From assembly GCA_965287045.1 (NCBI GenBank), contig OZ336877.1:30008001-30072000 (forward strand): 64,000 bases of DNA, in the 5' to 3' direction. Within the stretch, counting starts at the first letter, position 1. Every line of letters starts with the position of its first letter. The position numbers and the translations under genes are program-made. This document shows, in pieces, positions 1 through 10,777 of this stretch. The notes beneath the pieces are model-generated. The model was not told the DNA's origin. It saw only the letters and a list, made by a program, of their open reading frames with translations, and did no database searches. Source of the stretch: Carcharhinus amblyrhynchos (taxonomy: Eukaryota).

Positions 1-1789
1 ACTCAGGTATGTGCAAAGTCTTTTAACAAGGGGAACATTGAAAATATTTGGCATATTCTCCCCAACATATAGCCAGTAATCATTAGCTTAACTGAATTTC
101 ACCTTCCAGGAATAGCACTCTCTCTAACACACACAGCATCAAAAGACCTCAAAGAGGCAATCTTGAATCACGTAAAGAGACCATGTGGCAATGATCACAG
201 ACACTGTCAGGACAGGAGGCAAATGTTTTGTGTTGCTTTCTGCCTGCGCTGGGGAAGGTGAAGTGAAGGCAGTACTAATCCACAGTTTTCCACTCTGTCT
301 ACCCTCCATGCTCCAAGTAAACAGATGCAGTTTTTTATTCAATAAGAGGCTCTGAAGCTGCTGGAAGCGCTGCACTTCCATCGATTTCACTGTCCAACCA
401 CAGAAGCAGAACGGTGTCCAAGCAACGGTTAACCCTTTCCTGCCAGCACAGAGTACCCCCTCACCCCACAGCTAACCTCCTCCTGCCTACACAGCAGAGT
501 GTTCCCCCTCCCACCCCCCTGGGGCAACACAGCAGAGTCTGTTCCCTCCGCCAGACAAGTGTCCCCGGTTTTAATGCAAATAAATAGTTCAGCATCTGAT
601 GACCTAAATCATGCTGATGTGTCTCACGTTCCATGAGTCAGACCCAACTGGCTAACTAGTCATTCCCCTCACACAAAGCGACATGTATTAGCCAGGTTTT
701 GAGGAGAAGTGGGGTTCATTAAACAATGTTGTAACATTTTCCAGTCACCCTCCCACCCCCTCCAGGCAAACCTAACTTACAATGACAAGAGAAATAAAAA
801 TCCATCTCTATCAATCCCCTCATTTCTCTATTTAATTCCACTAATTCAGTGATTATCCCAAAATAAAAAGCCGATCTCTACACTACATATTCAAAAAGGA
901 TTACACCAGTTAGAGATCAAACCACCATCAGAGGCATGGACACACAGTGAAACTTACCTCCCCCCATGTGCTTCATCCACTGTCCCAACATTTCCCACAC
1001 AAGAAGTCTAAACCAGGGAAAGGGGCAAAAAAGAAACCGATGGGGAAACTAGCTGGTTGTTTCAACTGGCTGAGACAGAGCCTTTGGGTTTCAAACACAT
1101 TCACTGATTGAGATAAACACGAGTTACCCTATTTCTCAACCCCCAGCAAACGAACAAAGACACCCTTTTTATTCAGAAAATCCGAAAGAAACTCCTCGGT
1201 AAGTCTGCATGAAGTGCCAAAGTCTGGTACACAGAGGCAGTGTGTATGAGAGAGAATTTTTAACAGTGTTAATAATGGCCGTGGTTTAAAACAGCACTGA
1301 TCCCGATGCAATTTTATCAAACAGGGGACCAAAATAGCCAATACAATTTACACATGTCACTCCTCGTTACTACTGGAACTCTACATCAAATCACAGTGAC
1401 CATCTCCTACTCTATTCCGAGCTCTCTCTAACCCTGACTTCAGAGCTATAGGTATTTCATTCAGATCTAAACGGAGGAGATACAGGAAGAAAGAGTGTAA
1501 AAAGTTGATGGTACAGAATAAAGACAGATTAAATCTTCAGTAACCGGATTTAATGCATGATTTGACACGGATCGTGTGTAGTACATTCAATAATAACCCC
1601 CTACAACAGCACCTGCAGCGCGATTCGCCCACTTTGCCCCGTCTGAGTAACTGTGTGGCTCCATTCCCTTCCCTAACTCACTCCTGTATCTATCCTTCAG
1701 CCATGTGGGCTCATATTAACATCTGGGATGCTCGACCAGCACCCTCCGATCGGACACAAGTTCTCCTCTCTCCGTCCTATGTACAGCCA

Positions 1790-2185
1790 TGCCTGTCAGT
1801 CTGTGTCCCATCACTGATTCTCTAACTCCAGTCTGTGTCCCATCACTAAATCTTTCTCAATCCCTCTTTCTCCAGTTTGTAACCCATCACGATTTTTCTA
1901 TCTCTCCAATCTGTGTCCCATCATTAAGTCTCTTTCTCACTATTTCTCTCTCCAGTCTGTGTCTATCACCATTTCTCTTTACACACACTCTCTCTCACAC
2001 ACTAATTCTTTCTGTGTCCCATCACTAAGTCTGTCTCTCTCTCTCTTTCTCCAGTCTGTATCCCATCACTAAGTCTCTTTTTCACTCTCTCAATATTTCT
2101 CTATACACACACTCTTTTCTTCTCTCTCACACACTAAATTCTTTCTTTCCAGTGAGTGTCCCATCACTATTTCTCCCTTTCCAGC
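1790..2185. repeat. Degenerate pyrimidine-rich minisatellite in TMEM65 intron 1
   Basis: Motif CCAGTCTGTGTCCCATCACTAA recurs about 8 times, separated by (TC)/(AC)-rich spacers. Confidence 0.8.
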
Positions 2186-2257
2186 CAGTGATTCATTAAC
2201 TCCACAGTGCCCAGTCCATATTCCCTCGAGCTCCCGGGGTCCCCTCTCTCCTCTTAC

Positions 2258-2510
2258 CTTGTGCTATTGCCATAGACTCGAACCTCTGGAGCTCCTGCAG
2301 CAGGGTCTTCCTCTCCTTGGGGTGCAGGCTGTACACGAAGTCACGGGCGCCCTGCGCCGTGTTGAGCGGCTCCACCGGATCCTTGGCCGAGTGGGTGCCG
2401 AGGCGGCGCGGGAGGAAGCCGGGTCCCTCGCTTCTCGCCCCGGAGACCCGGCTGACAGCCAGGCTCAAGGAAGGTCGCAGAGCCCTCCTCAGGCAAGGGG
2501 CCAGCAGCAT
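2258..2510 (-). CDS. TMEM65: TMEM65 (or TMEM65-like) coding exon 1, mitochondrial inner-membrane protein; gene continues beyond position 1
   Basis: Translation ...PRRLGTHSAKDPVEPLNTAQGARDFVYSLHPKERKTLLQELQRFESMAIAQ matches the vertebrate TMEM65 exon-1 block; ATG in gccATG context at 2510; phase-1 donor CAAG|GTAAGA at 2258/2257; Arg/Leu/Ser-rich presequence-like N-terminus. Confidence 0.93.
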
Positions 2511-2567
2511 GGCGAAAGCAGAGGAGGGGAGGGATTGCGAGAGGAGAGAGTGTTCAGTGCTGACTGC

Positions 2568-2710
2568 GGGCAGAGAGCAGCGCCTTGCAGCGACTCCGGG
2601 CAGAGAGCAGCGCCTTGCAGCAAGTCCGGGCAGAGAGGAGCAGCGCCTTGCAGCGAGTCCGGGCAGAGAGCAGCGACTCCGGGGAAAGAACAGCGCCTTG
2701 CACCGACTCC
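2568..2710. repeat. GC-rich minisatellite, 5 units (30, 30, 33, 20, 30 bp) in the probable TMEM65 5'UTR
   Basis: Unit GGGCAGAGAGCAGCGCCTTGCAGCGACTCC starts at 2568, 2598, 2628, 2661, 2681. Confidence 0.92.
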
Positions 2711-2880
2711 GGACAATCCAACTCCAAAGGCAGCTCCGCGTGTATCATTTTCCGCGGCCGCCAGCACCGCGTTCCAATCGAACGTCGCGAGCTTCCAAAT
2801 TCCAAAGTCAAGAAACCCACACGCCCGGGACTCCCGGGGGCGTCGGTGCGCTTGCGCGCACTTCCTCCTGCCCCCGCACG

Positions 2881-2900
2881 GCACTGTGGGAACTGTAGTC
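2881..2900 (-). promoter_or_regulatory. ZNF143/THAP11 (SBS, ACTACA-type) motif
   Basis: Minus strand reads GACTACAGTTCCCACAGTGC, close to ACTACAnnTCCCAnnATGC. Confidence 0.8.
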
Positions 2901-2938
2901 TCTCCCGCCACCTTCCCAACCCGCAGTCCCCATGCTGA

Positions 2939-2958
2939 GACTACAACTCCCGACGGAC
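2939..2958 (+). promoter_or_regulatory. Second ZNF143/THAP11 motif, opposite orientation
   Basis: GACTACAACTCCCGACGGAC. Confidence 0.68.
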
Positions 2959-3349
2959 TTTGCGTGGCCGCGCGTGCGCAGTCCCAGAAGGCGAAAATCC
3001 ACGCCCCCGGCCAGCCCCGCCTGCTAAGCGCTGATGTGTCAGAGATCAGCCCCATTCATTCACAGGGCGTTTCTGCAATCAATTTTCTGTTTACGCCCTT
3101 TTCCATTCAAGGTTTTCGAAACCGCCCATTTCTCTTTGCAAACACATATTGAGTGGGAACAGAAACTGCTCAATTCTATTACATATATATATAAAATTGC
3201 ATTAAGAACGGCTGACTTGTGCATATGACTTCAAGGACTTTTGAAACTTTTTGCTCCATATACCCTATGGTAAATACGTATGCACATTGACATCTGGCTT
3301 CACCATTGGCAGTGTCACGTATTCAGTAGGCAAAGGACTGAATTAAAAG

Positions 3350-3532
3350 TCTAAAACGTAGCAGAAAATACTGAAGGCAACACAGCAGGTTCACAGCAGC
3401 TCTGGCCAAGGGTCATCCTGACTCAAAACGTTGTCCTCTGATCTCTCCACAGATGCTGGCAGATCGGACTGAGATTTTCCAGCATTTCCTGTTTTGGTAT
3501 CAGACTCCAGCATCTGCGGTAGTTTGCTTTTA
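3350..3532. mobile_element. Decayed Penelope-derived palindromic repeat
   Basis: CTGGCCAAGGGTCATCCTGACTCAAAACGTT...CAGCATCTGCGGTAGTTTGCTTT; same family as 6209-6395. Confidence 0.6.
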
Positions 3533-3574
3533 TCACAATCACATGTTGGAAAGGGAGAAACATGAGAGTCCAGA

Positions 3575-3693
3575 GGGGCAAATTTTCCCATTCTGTAATG
3601 CCATCGGAATCAGAGCAATCGAAGGATGCACCACGCAAAGATTGGACAGGATTTTCCGATTTCAGGATGAGCGTGGCTGGAAAATCTCACCCA
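3575..3693. mobile_element. Short Harbinger-type MITE
   Basis: Imperfect TIRs GGGGCAAATTTTCC / GGAAAATCTCACCC. Confidence 0.55.
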
Positions 3694-3741
3694 GTGTGTT
3701 GTTCCCTGAAGCAAGAAAATCACTTGCTTTTTAGATGATGC

Positions 3742-4125
3742 TTTGATTTAATTTATTATTGTCACATGTATTAGTATACAGTGCGTGCTATACAGACAAA
3801 GCATACCATTCATAGAGAAGGAAAACAGAGAGTGCAGAATGTAGTGTTACTGTCATAGTGAGGGTGTAGAGAAAGATCAACTTAATGTGAGGTAGGACCA
3901 TTCAAAAGTCTGATGGCAGCAGGAAGAAGCTGTTCTTGAGTCGGTTGGTACGTGACCTCAGACTTTTGTATTTTTTTCCTGATAGAAGAAGGTGGAATAA
4001 AAAATGTACAGGATGCGTGGGGTCCTTAATTACACTGGCTGCTTTCCTGAGGCAGCAGGAAATGTAGACAGCATCAATAGATGGGAGGCTTGATGGATTG
4101 GGTTATATTCACAACCTTTTGATTG
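3742..4125 (-). mobile_element. Rex1/Babar-like LINE 3' fragment
   Basis: Minus-strand tail CATGTGACAATAATAAAT..ATCAAA; homologous to 32370-32610 and 62290-62778. Confidence 0.65.
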
Positions 4126-4129
4126 TTAT

Positions 4130-4646
4130 CACTGAATCTGTTTCCCCCACTCTTCCACCAAGTGCTCCTCAGATCACAACAACTCACTGTGTATGAAGAT
4201 TTTTTTTTCATGTCACTTCTGGTTCTTTTCTTAAATATCTTAAATCTGTGTCCTGTGATCACTGATCAGTCTGTGACTGGAGAAGGTTTCTCCTTGCTTA
4301 TTCTGTCAAAGCCGTTCACAAATATGAAGCCCTTTACAAAATTTTGCCTTAATGTACTCTGCTTATGGGAGAACATCTTCAGCCTTTTCAGTCGTTCCAC
4401 ATAACTGAAGTCCTTCATCCCTGGTACCATTGTAGCATATCATTTCATGTACACTCTCTGAGGTCCTTTTAAAGTGTGGTGCCCAGAATTGAACCCAATA
4501 CTCCAGCTGGAGCCTGAACAATGTTGTATAAAGTTTACTTCCTCGCTTTTATACTTTGTGCCTCAATTAATGAGACCAAAAATCTTCTTTGATTTTTAAC
4601 TACCTTTTCACAATTGTGCTGCCACCTCTGAGGATTGTGTACATAC
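4130..4646 (-). mobile_element. Old CR1-like LINE fragment interrupted by the LTR at 4647
   Basis: Minus strand encodes LYTTLFRLQLEYWVQFWAPHF, a CR1 ORF2 C-terminal motif. Confidence 0.7.
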
Positions 4647-5577
4647 TGTTATGAAGCGGGGGTTGATCCCCCCTCTGAGAACTAACACCTAACCACTCAA
4701 AGAGGAATATTTCACCTCATAAACTGTTAAAAGTGTGTGTGAAGTAGTACGATCTGCTCTTCAGCAACTTTCAGTGTTAAATCAAAATAACTCTCTGACA
4801 CTCTCTTTAAAATCAACAAGTAATACTTTATTTATCAAACTCAAGTGAACAGGTTAACTAAACTATTAACAACCAAATAAAACGTGATTCTAATGGAATG
4901 CTGTTTGGATAAATACAATTCCCACTTATTAACAAAAAATAAAATTTTTTAGTCACTCTCAAAATTACAACCAGGTTTATTGTCTTCTGAAATCTCCTGT
5001 CTTCTTTCTTCTGTCTGGAATCCTTGTCTTCTTCTGCTTTCTTCACTATCAAGATGAGGTTTTCTTTTAAGACATGAATGAGCTATGACAGAGAGCAGTT
5101 GCTCTCTCTCTCTGTCTAAAGTTGTGCTGTTCTCCAATTTGTGTCACTGCCACCCGCCCCCCCCGCCCCCCCCCCCCCACCGTCTCTTATACTCCTGATG
5201 ATGTACGAACATCCCCACAATAGGATTGGTTCTCAGGTTACCAAAACATCAAATTTAAATTTAATAGGCTGCTGTTATCCAAGTGCCTAATTTAAAATGA
5301 TTGGATACAATTCAAAAAAACAGCCTGTTAACTTGGCAACACTATTGGTTGGCCTTTGATAAAATGTTTCAGTCTGTATACTGCATGTACACCTGCATGT
5401 TTTTAAAACATTATTTTAAACTTTAAGTAGAGAAAAAAACCCACTACCATTTCTTTCAAGGGACCGTGCAATATTTTCACCTCTTAACATTTTATAATTT
5501 TTTATTAACTTTACAAACACCAAGTTCGCAACAAAACAGATCAGGACTTTTTATTTCTGTATCCCTTTAACATTACA
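4647..5577. mobile_element. Solo LTR (about 930 bp)
   Basis: Ends TGTTATG...CATTACA; flanks ACATAC/CCATAC (6-bp TSD with 1 mismatch); homologous copy begins at 30021. Confidence 0.72.
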
Positions 5578-5582
5578 CCATA

Positions 5583-5873
5583 CTTATTTATTAGTGTCAC
5601 AAGTAGGTTTACATTAACACTGCAATGAAGTTACTGTGAAAAATCCCCTAGTCACCTCACTTCGACACCTATTTAGGTACACTGAGGGAGAATTTAGCAT
5701 GGCCAATGCACCTAACCAGCATGTCTTTCAGACGGAGGGAGGAAACTGAAGCATCCGGAGGAAACTCACGCAGATATGGGGAGAAGGTGTAGACTCCACA
5801 CAGACAGCGACCCAAGCTGGGAATTGAACCCAGGTTGCAGGCAGTGCTAACCACTGTGCCATCTTGCTGCCCC
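5583..5873 (-). mobile_element. HE1-like tRNA-derived V-SINE
   Basis: Reverse complement of GGCACAGTGGTTAGCACTGC head and TGTCTGTGTGGAGT..TTCTCCCC V-domain. Confidence 0.88.
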
Positions 5874-6208
5874 AGGCAGCCAATGTCTTTTACATGTTTA
5901 CAAATTCTGTGTTGTTTGCAAATTTTGAAGTTATTCCACGTATAACCCAGTCCAGGTCATTATATGTCAAAAAAAAGTAGTGGTCATAATACTAATTCCT
6001 GAAGTACAGTACTGCATACAACCCTCCAGTCCAAAAAGCAACCATACACCACAACTCCCTACTTTCCAGCTTTTAGTCAACTTTGATTCCACATTGCCTC
6101 TGTCCCTTAGATGTTATGGGTTTCAATTTTCTGAATATGTCTATCTTATGGTACTTTATCAAAAATCTTTTGAAAATCCATAGGCACAATATCAACATTG
6201 TGGTATAA

Positions 6209-6395
6209 AAACAGAAAATGCTGGAATATCTCAGCAGGCCTGACAGCATCTATGGAGAGAGAATAGAGCCAATGTTTTGAGTCTGGATGACCCTTGGTCA
6301 GAGCTCTGATGAAGGGTCATCCAGACTCGAATCATTGGCTCTATTCTGTCTCCACAGTTGCTGTCAGACCTGAGCTTTTCCAGCATTTTCTGTTT
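6209..6395. mobile_element. About 190-bp palindromic Penelope-derived element with degenerate hammerhead cores
   Basis: Near-perfect inverted repeat centred on TCAGAGCTCTGA (6298-6309); CTGATGAAGGGTCATCCAGACTCGAA on the right arm. Confidence 0.78.
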
Positions 6396-6994
6396 CTAAT
6401 GCCTTTCACAAATCTGTGCCGAATTTCATTTAGTAGCCCATACTTTTACAAATGCCAATTAATTTTGACCTATATAATAAACGTCGGAAATCTCCATCCT
6501 CATTCATAACTGAGATTCTCCGATGCTGCTGGAAGTGAATGGCTGGAACACCAAATTCTTCGTTCTCGCTTGCAGCAGGGCAGCCACAGGTGAGATCGGA
6601 GAATCCCATCCACTATATACATTGCCCCTCCACAAACATTGAGTTGATTGGCCTGTTTAGACCTCTCCTTGCTTTTGAATAGGAATGTAACTCTTGCGAT
6701 CCTCCAGTCATCACAACCACAATATTTAAGGAGAACCAGAAGATTGCAGCTAGAGTCTCCATAACTGCTATTTTTATTTCTTCAGCAGCCTAGAATGCAT
6801 CTCATTTGGATCAGGTGCTATCTCCTTCTTACAATCATCTCTATTTTTTTGTCCTATTTAATATCATGGCTCCCCAGAGATAGTGTCGGTTCTTATTTGA
6901 AGCATTCTCAGGTCAGGAATAAGCCATCATGGTGTAAGATTTGTTTTTTTGCCTTAGTTTTGACTATCCACTTTTAAATTGTTTTCAACTCTCA

Positions 6995-7430
6995 CCAATG
7001 CACAACACCTTAGTTATAAAGAGAGATTGAATAAACAGGGATTGTTTTCCCTAGAGCAGAGGAGATTGAGAGGGGACGTGATTGAGATGTATAAAGTTGT
7101 GAGGGGCATAGATAGACAGGAAGAAACTTTCCCCCTTGCTGGAATGACCAGTGGAGCACAGATTAAAGTAAGGGGCAGGAGATTTGGAGGGGATTTGAGA
7201 AAACTTTTCTCACCCAAAGGGTGGCGGGATCCTGGAACTCACTGCCTGAAAGGGGCAGACATTTAAAATGTACTTAGATGTGCACTTGCAATGCCAAGGA
7301 CTACAAGGCTATGGGCCAAGTATTGGAGAACGGGATTAAAGTAGTTGTATAGTTTGCCTTTGACCGGTGCAGACGCACTGGGCTGAAGGGCCCTTTTCTG
7401 TGCTTGTAGATCTCTATGACACTATGATCT
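6995..7430 (+). mobile_element. CR1 LINE 3' end
   Basis: LSYKERLNKQGLFSLEQRRLRGDVIEMYK; tail CTCTATGACACTATGA. Confidence 0.85.
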
Positions 7431-9258
7431 TCCTCCCTAGAATAGCTCATTTAGCACCAAAATATTAGATAATGTGGGTCCATCTCATACCATTAGGCGC
7501 TGGGTTAAAATTACACAATTTTGTTTCATTTATGACCTTTTATAAGAAAAAGGGAAGTTCTCGATATATCACTTTAAGTTGCAGAGAAACAGGAGTCGTG
7601 AATTGCCTTCACCTTAGTATGGGTGTTGTGCAGTTAGTAGCACTATCAGGATAAATTCACTGGGTTTTTTTAAGATCAATATCCAAAGATAAACATTTTT
7701 TAACTTGATCTTTCCATCCACTGGATGTTTTCCTGGGCTAGAGCACAGATTTCAGAAGCAGCACATTTTCCTCTAAGCATCTTGATGCAAGATAATGAAA
7801 TCAACACATGCATGTTCAGTTTTATTTTGTGTGCAGCAACGTCATGCCATCAGTACATCACACATGTAGCAAAATGCCTTGTCCGGTCTGTGAATGTGTG
7901 TGGTAGCCAGTTCTACAGTGTAACCAGTTTACAGGAATAGAAGCTATACCAACTCTAATTAAATGCTGGAAAGAAGTGCATTTATCCTGTTCTGAGTTGA
8001 ACCCTAAAAACATGAAAGATCAGTATACCAACACAAATGCACTATGATGTCCTCAACTGCAGCACTGTTACTCGCACATAGACTAGCATAGGAGTTTTCA
8101 CACTGCTGCAGAATTTGAGTATATGGTCCCATTCATATACTATATGTGCTTGATATATTTATGTCATCTATGTTCCTGTATGGCATATCTGCTTCCGTGT
8201 ATTCATGTTAGCTTTGATCCTCAAGAGGAAATTCAGTCCTTGTTCTGTTAATAATTCATGCAATTCTACTTCTTGCTCGATTTGCTGGAGTAGTGAGTGA
8301 TAATGAAAGTAGGCAGTCACGCACATTTAGTCTGCTCCGTAGAGATAACATTTATGGCCTGACCAGCAAACGTATCCGACAAACCCATTCGTTCAAACTA
8401 TCCTAGATTATCGCTGATTGCAAAACGCAAAATATGAGAAATAGTATTCCACAATGCTGTGAAACCACTGTTCCTCCAAATTGATCCTATTGATATTGCA
8501 GACAGTAAATGTCCTCGAAAGCTCCATACAGAGCAGCACTGATCATTCTGCAATCCACACCTTGTTATCGTCCAATTTTGCAATTCAGCCAGAGGACTTT
8601 GTTCACTTCCACAGAAAGAACAGGATTGTACTTCAGAAATATTGGGCTTCAAAGTTCAGAGTAAAATGGAAAATCATTCAGCAATTTGACCAGATTACAG
8701 CCCATTGATTCTTCCTTGATGATTTGAAGCATCTCTCGTAGACTCAGGATGTTTTCTCCACAGAAGTCCGAGTCAGAAACATGCCTTTAAATTATCTTTG
8801 GCCTTTGGCTATCTTGACAAGCCTCACACAGCTGGAGACTAACATCTGGAAACACTTGCTGGATCCTTGAAATGGACCAGCAAAAAAAGATTTTAAATCA
8901 TCCTTTATAAATGCTGCCTGTCTTCCCAGCACTGTTCCAATGCTAATGGCACACGTTGGTGGTGGTGTCAGAATGCAACCAGGGGTGGCTACAACATCTG
9001 GAACTCATGCAATTACACAGTGAGTGGATCCAATGAAGCGATGCCTCCAAAATGATAAAGCTTTTCTCTCATCATTTTGTCAACTGTTTTACACCAGCTA
9101 TTGTTGAAAATCATTTTACACCATTATAGGTGTGTGAATTATAGTGATTTGTAACATTTTCCAGTGAAATGTATAGATTTCACACCGAAACATTTCATAT
9201 AAGAGAAACGGAGTTCCAGAAACATCATGACGTTAACATGCAAACACAGAGTTATCTT

Positions 9259-9566
9259 GGGATGGCACGGTGGCACAGTGGTTAGCACTGCTGCCTCACA
9301 GCGCCAGGGACCTGAGTTCAATTCCCAGCTTGGGTCACTGTCTGTGTGGAGTCTGCACCTTCTCCCCATGTCCGGTTTTCTCCGAGTGCTCCGGTTTCCC
9401 CCCCACAGTCCGAAAGACATGCTGGGTGGGTGCATTGGCCATGCTAAATTCTCCCTCAGTGTACCTGGACAGGTGTCACAGTGTAAAGCTAGGGGATTTT
9501 CACAGTAACCTGATTGCAGTGTTCATGCATGTCAGCCTATTTGTGACACTAATAAATAAACTTTAA
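9259..9566 (+). mobile_element. HE1-like V-SINE
   Basis: tRNA-like head plus V-domain; tail GTGACACTAATAAATAAACTT. Confidence 0.9.
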
Positions 9567-10777
9567 ATTCTGTGTAGCCATCTCATTACATTATTACTTC
9601 ACACCAAAATGTTCGTGGCTAGTCTGGGGATCTCTGTGATAGCAGCCAGTTTGCAGGAAGGCGAGTGGTATTCAAAGATTTTGCCACATAAAAAGGGGCA
9701 ATGCAAATGCAAGTTTTTGCTGTATTGCTTCTAACTAAATGCTGTAAAGCTGCACAACAGCTTTCTCTTTTCTGAACCCGGTCAAAATATAAAAGCAAAT
9801 ACAAAGGCAAAAGTTAAATGTGCACCATGCTGTCCTCAGCTGGGTCTTTCTGCGTTCACAATGATGTCCCTGAGATCTTGCCTATTGTAGGAGATGAACC
9901 AAGCTGTATTGTATAATAACAAAGCAGCCGACTCCCCCAGTAAGAAGACAGTGTCCGTGGCTCCCAGAAAGTAACCGGATAAGTAGATTACTCAGTGGGA
10001 ATCTGCTGATTAGGTTTTTCAGATTCCAAAGATTCTGCATGCTCTTTTAGAGATATGAAAGGAACAAAGTACCATATTGACTTACATAAAGTGCTTTATT
10101 CAAATTACAGATGGTAACAGCATTCCTTGATAAGAGAATTGGCCTCTGGCAATTCTCAGCAGAAGCAACAAAACAATTAAAGCAATCCTGTGGTTCCACG
10201 AAGGAATGTTTGACTTCTTGTATGATCTAAGGAAAACATCCCCAAATTTCACTTATTTCATTCTGAGATTTGTTGTCCTGGGGTCAGCACCGGTCTAATT
10301 GTCTAGAATGTAATTGGAAGAGCAGCTCTGACCTGTACCTATTATGTTGCAGGAGCTGCCTCAGACATTAGATTCCTTTCAGCCATGCAGATTCCCCAGG
10401 TCTAATGGCTTCTGAACAGAATTCTCTGAAATATTGGCCACAGAACCAACTTTCTTTTTAAAATCTGATCACTTTCCTTCAGGTTGAAATCCTAATACTT
10501 GGTGAGATGGAATTATATTTATTAAGGTAGAAAGAGTCAAGGATTCCAGCAAAACACTACTCCCTACAAACACTTCTAAATTCTAATTCAAGTGCAGTTG
10601 CTAAAATTGTAGTGAATGATCTGAATAGTTAAATTTCCAAAATGACTACGATCAGATTACAATACTTCAGGCTTAAACATTACATGTGGTGTCATTTACG
10701 GGAGACACTGCTGTCATCCTGTTCAAAAAGATATTTATTTTCCAGTTATGATGTGGAAATTTCATAGCTAGTACCAT

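Larger units (their letters stand above)
2230..3060. promoter_or_regulatory. CpG island / TMEM65 promoter
   Basis: High GC and dense CpG against CpG-depleted flanks; covers exon 1; ETS-like CACTTCCT at 2859-2866; NRF1-like TGCGCTTGCGCG at 2847-2858 and CGCGCGTGCGCA at 2969-2980; GC box near 3015. Confidence 0.88.

Noticed and set aside
2196-2257. C-terminal GKRREG...WALWS of the 104-aa ORF
   Set aside because: Read-through into intron 1 past the GTAAGA donor
2568-2710. 30-bp repeats as a CRISPR-like array
   Set aside because: Head-to-tail units with no unique spacers, eukaryotic context, no cas genes
2259-3152. 297-aa plus-strand ORF and the other long overlapping ORFs at the CpG island
   Set aside because: Antisense or shifted shadows of GC-rich TMEM65 exon 1 and the minisatellite; non-ATG starts and no recognisable domain
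9259-9335. tRNA-like sequences at SINE heads
   Set aside because: A/B-box heads run directly into V-domain SINE bodies; not tRNA genes
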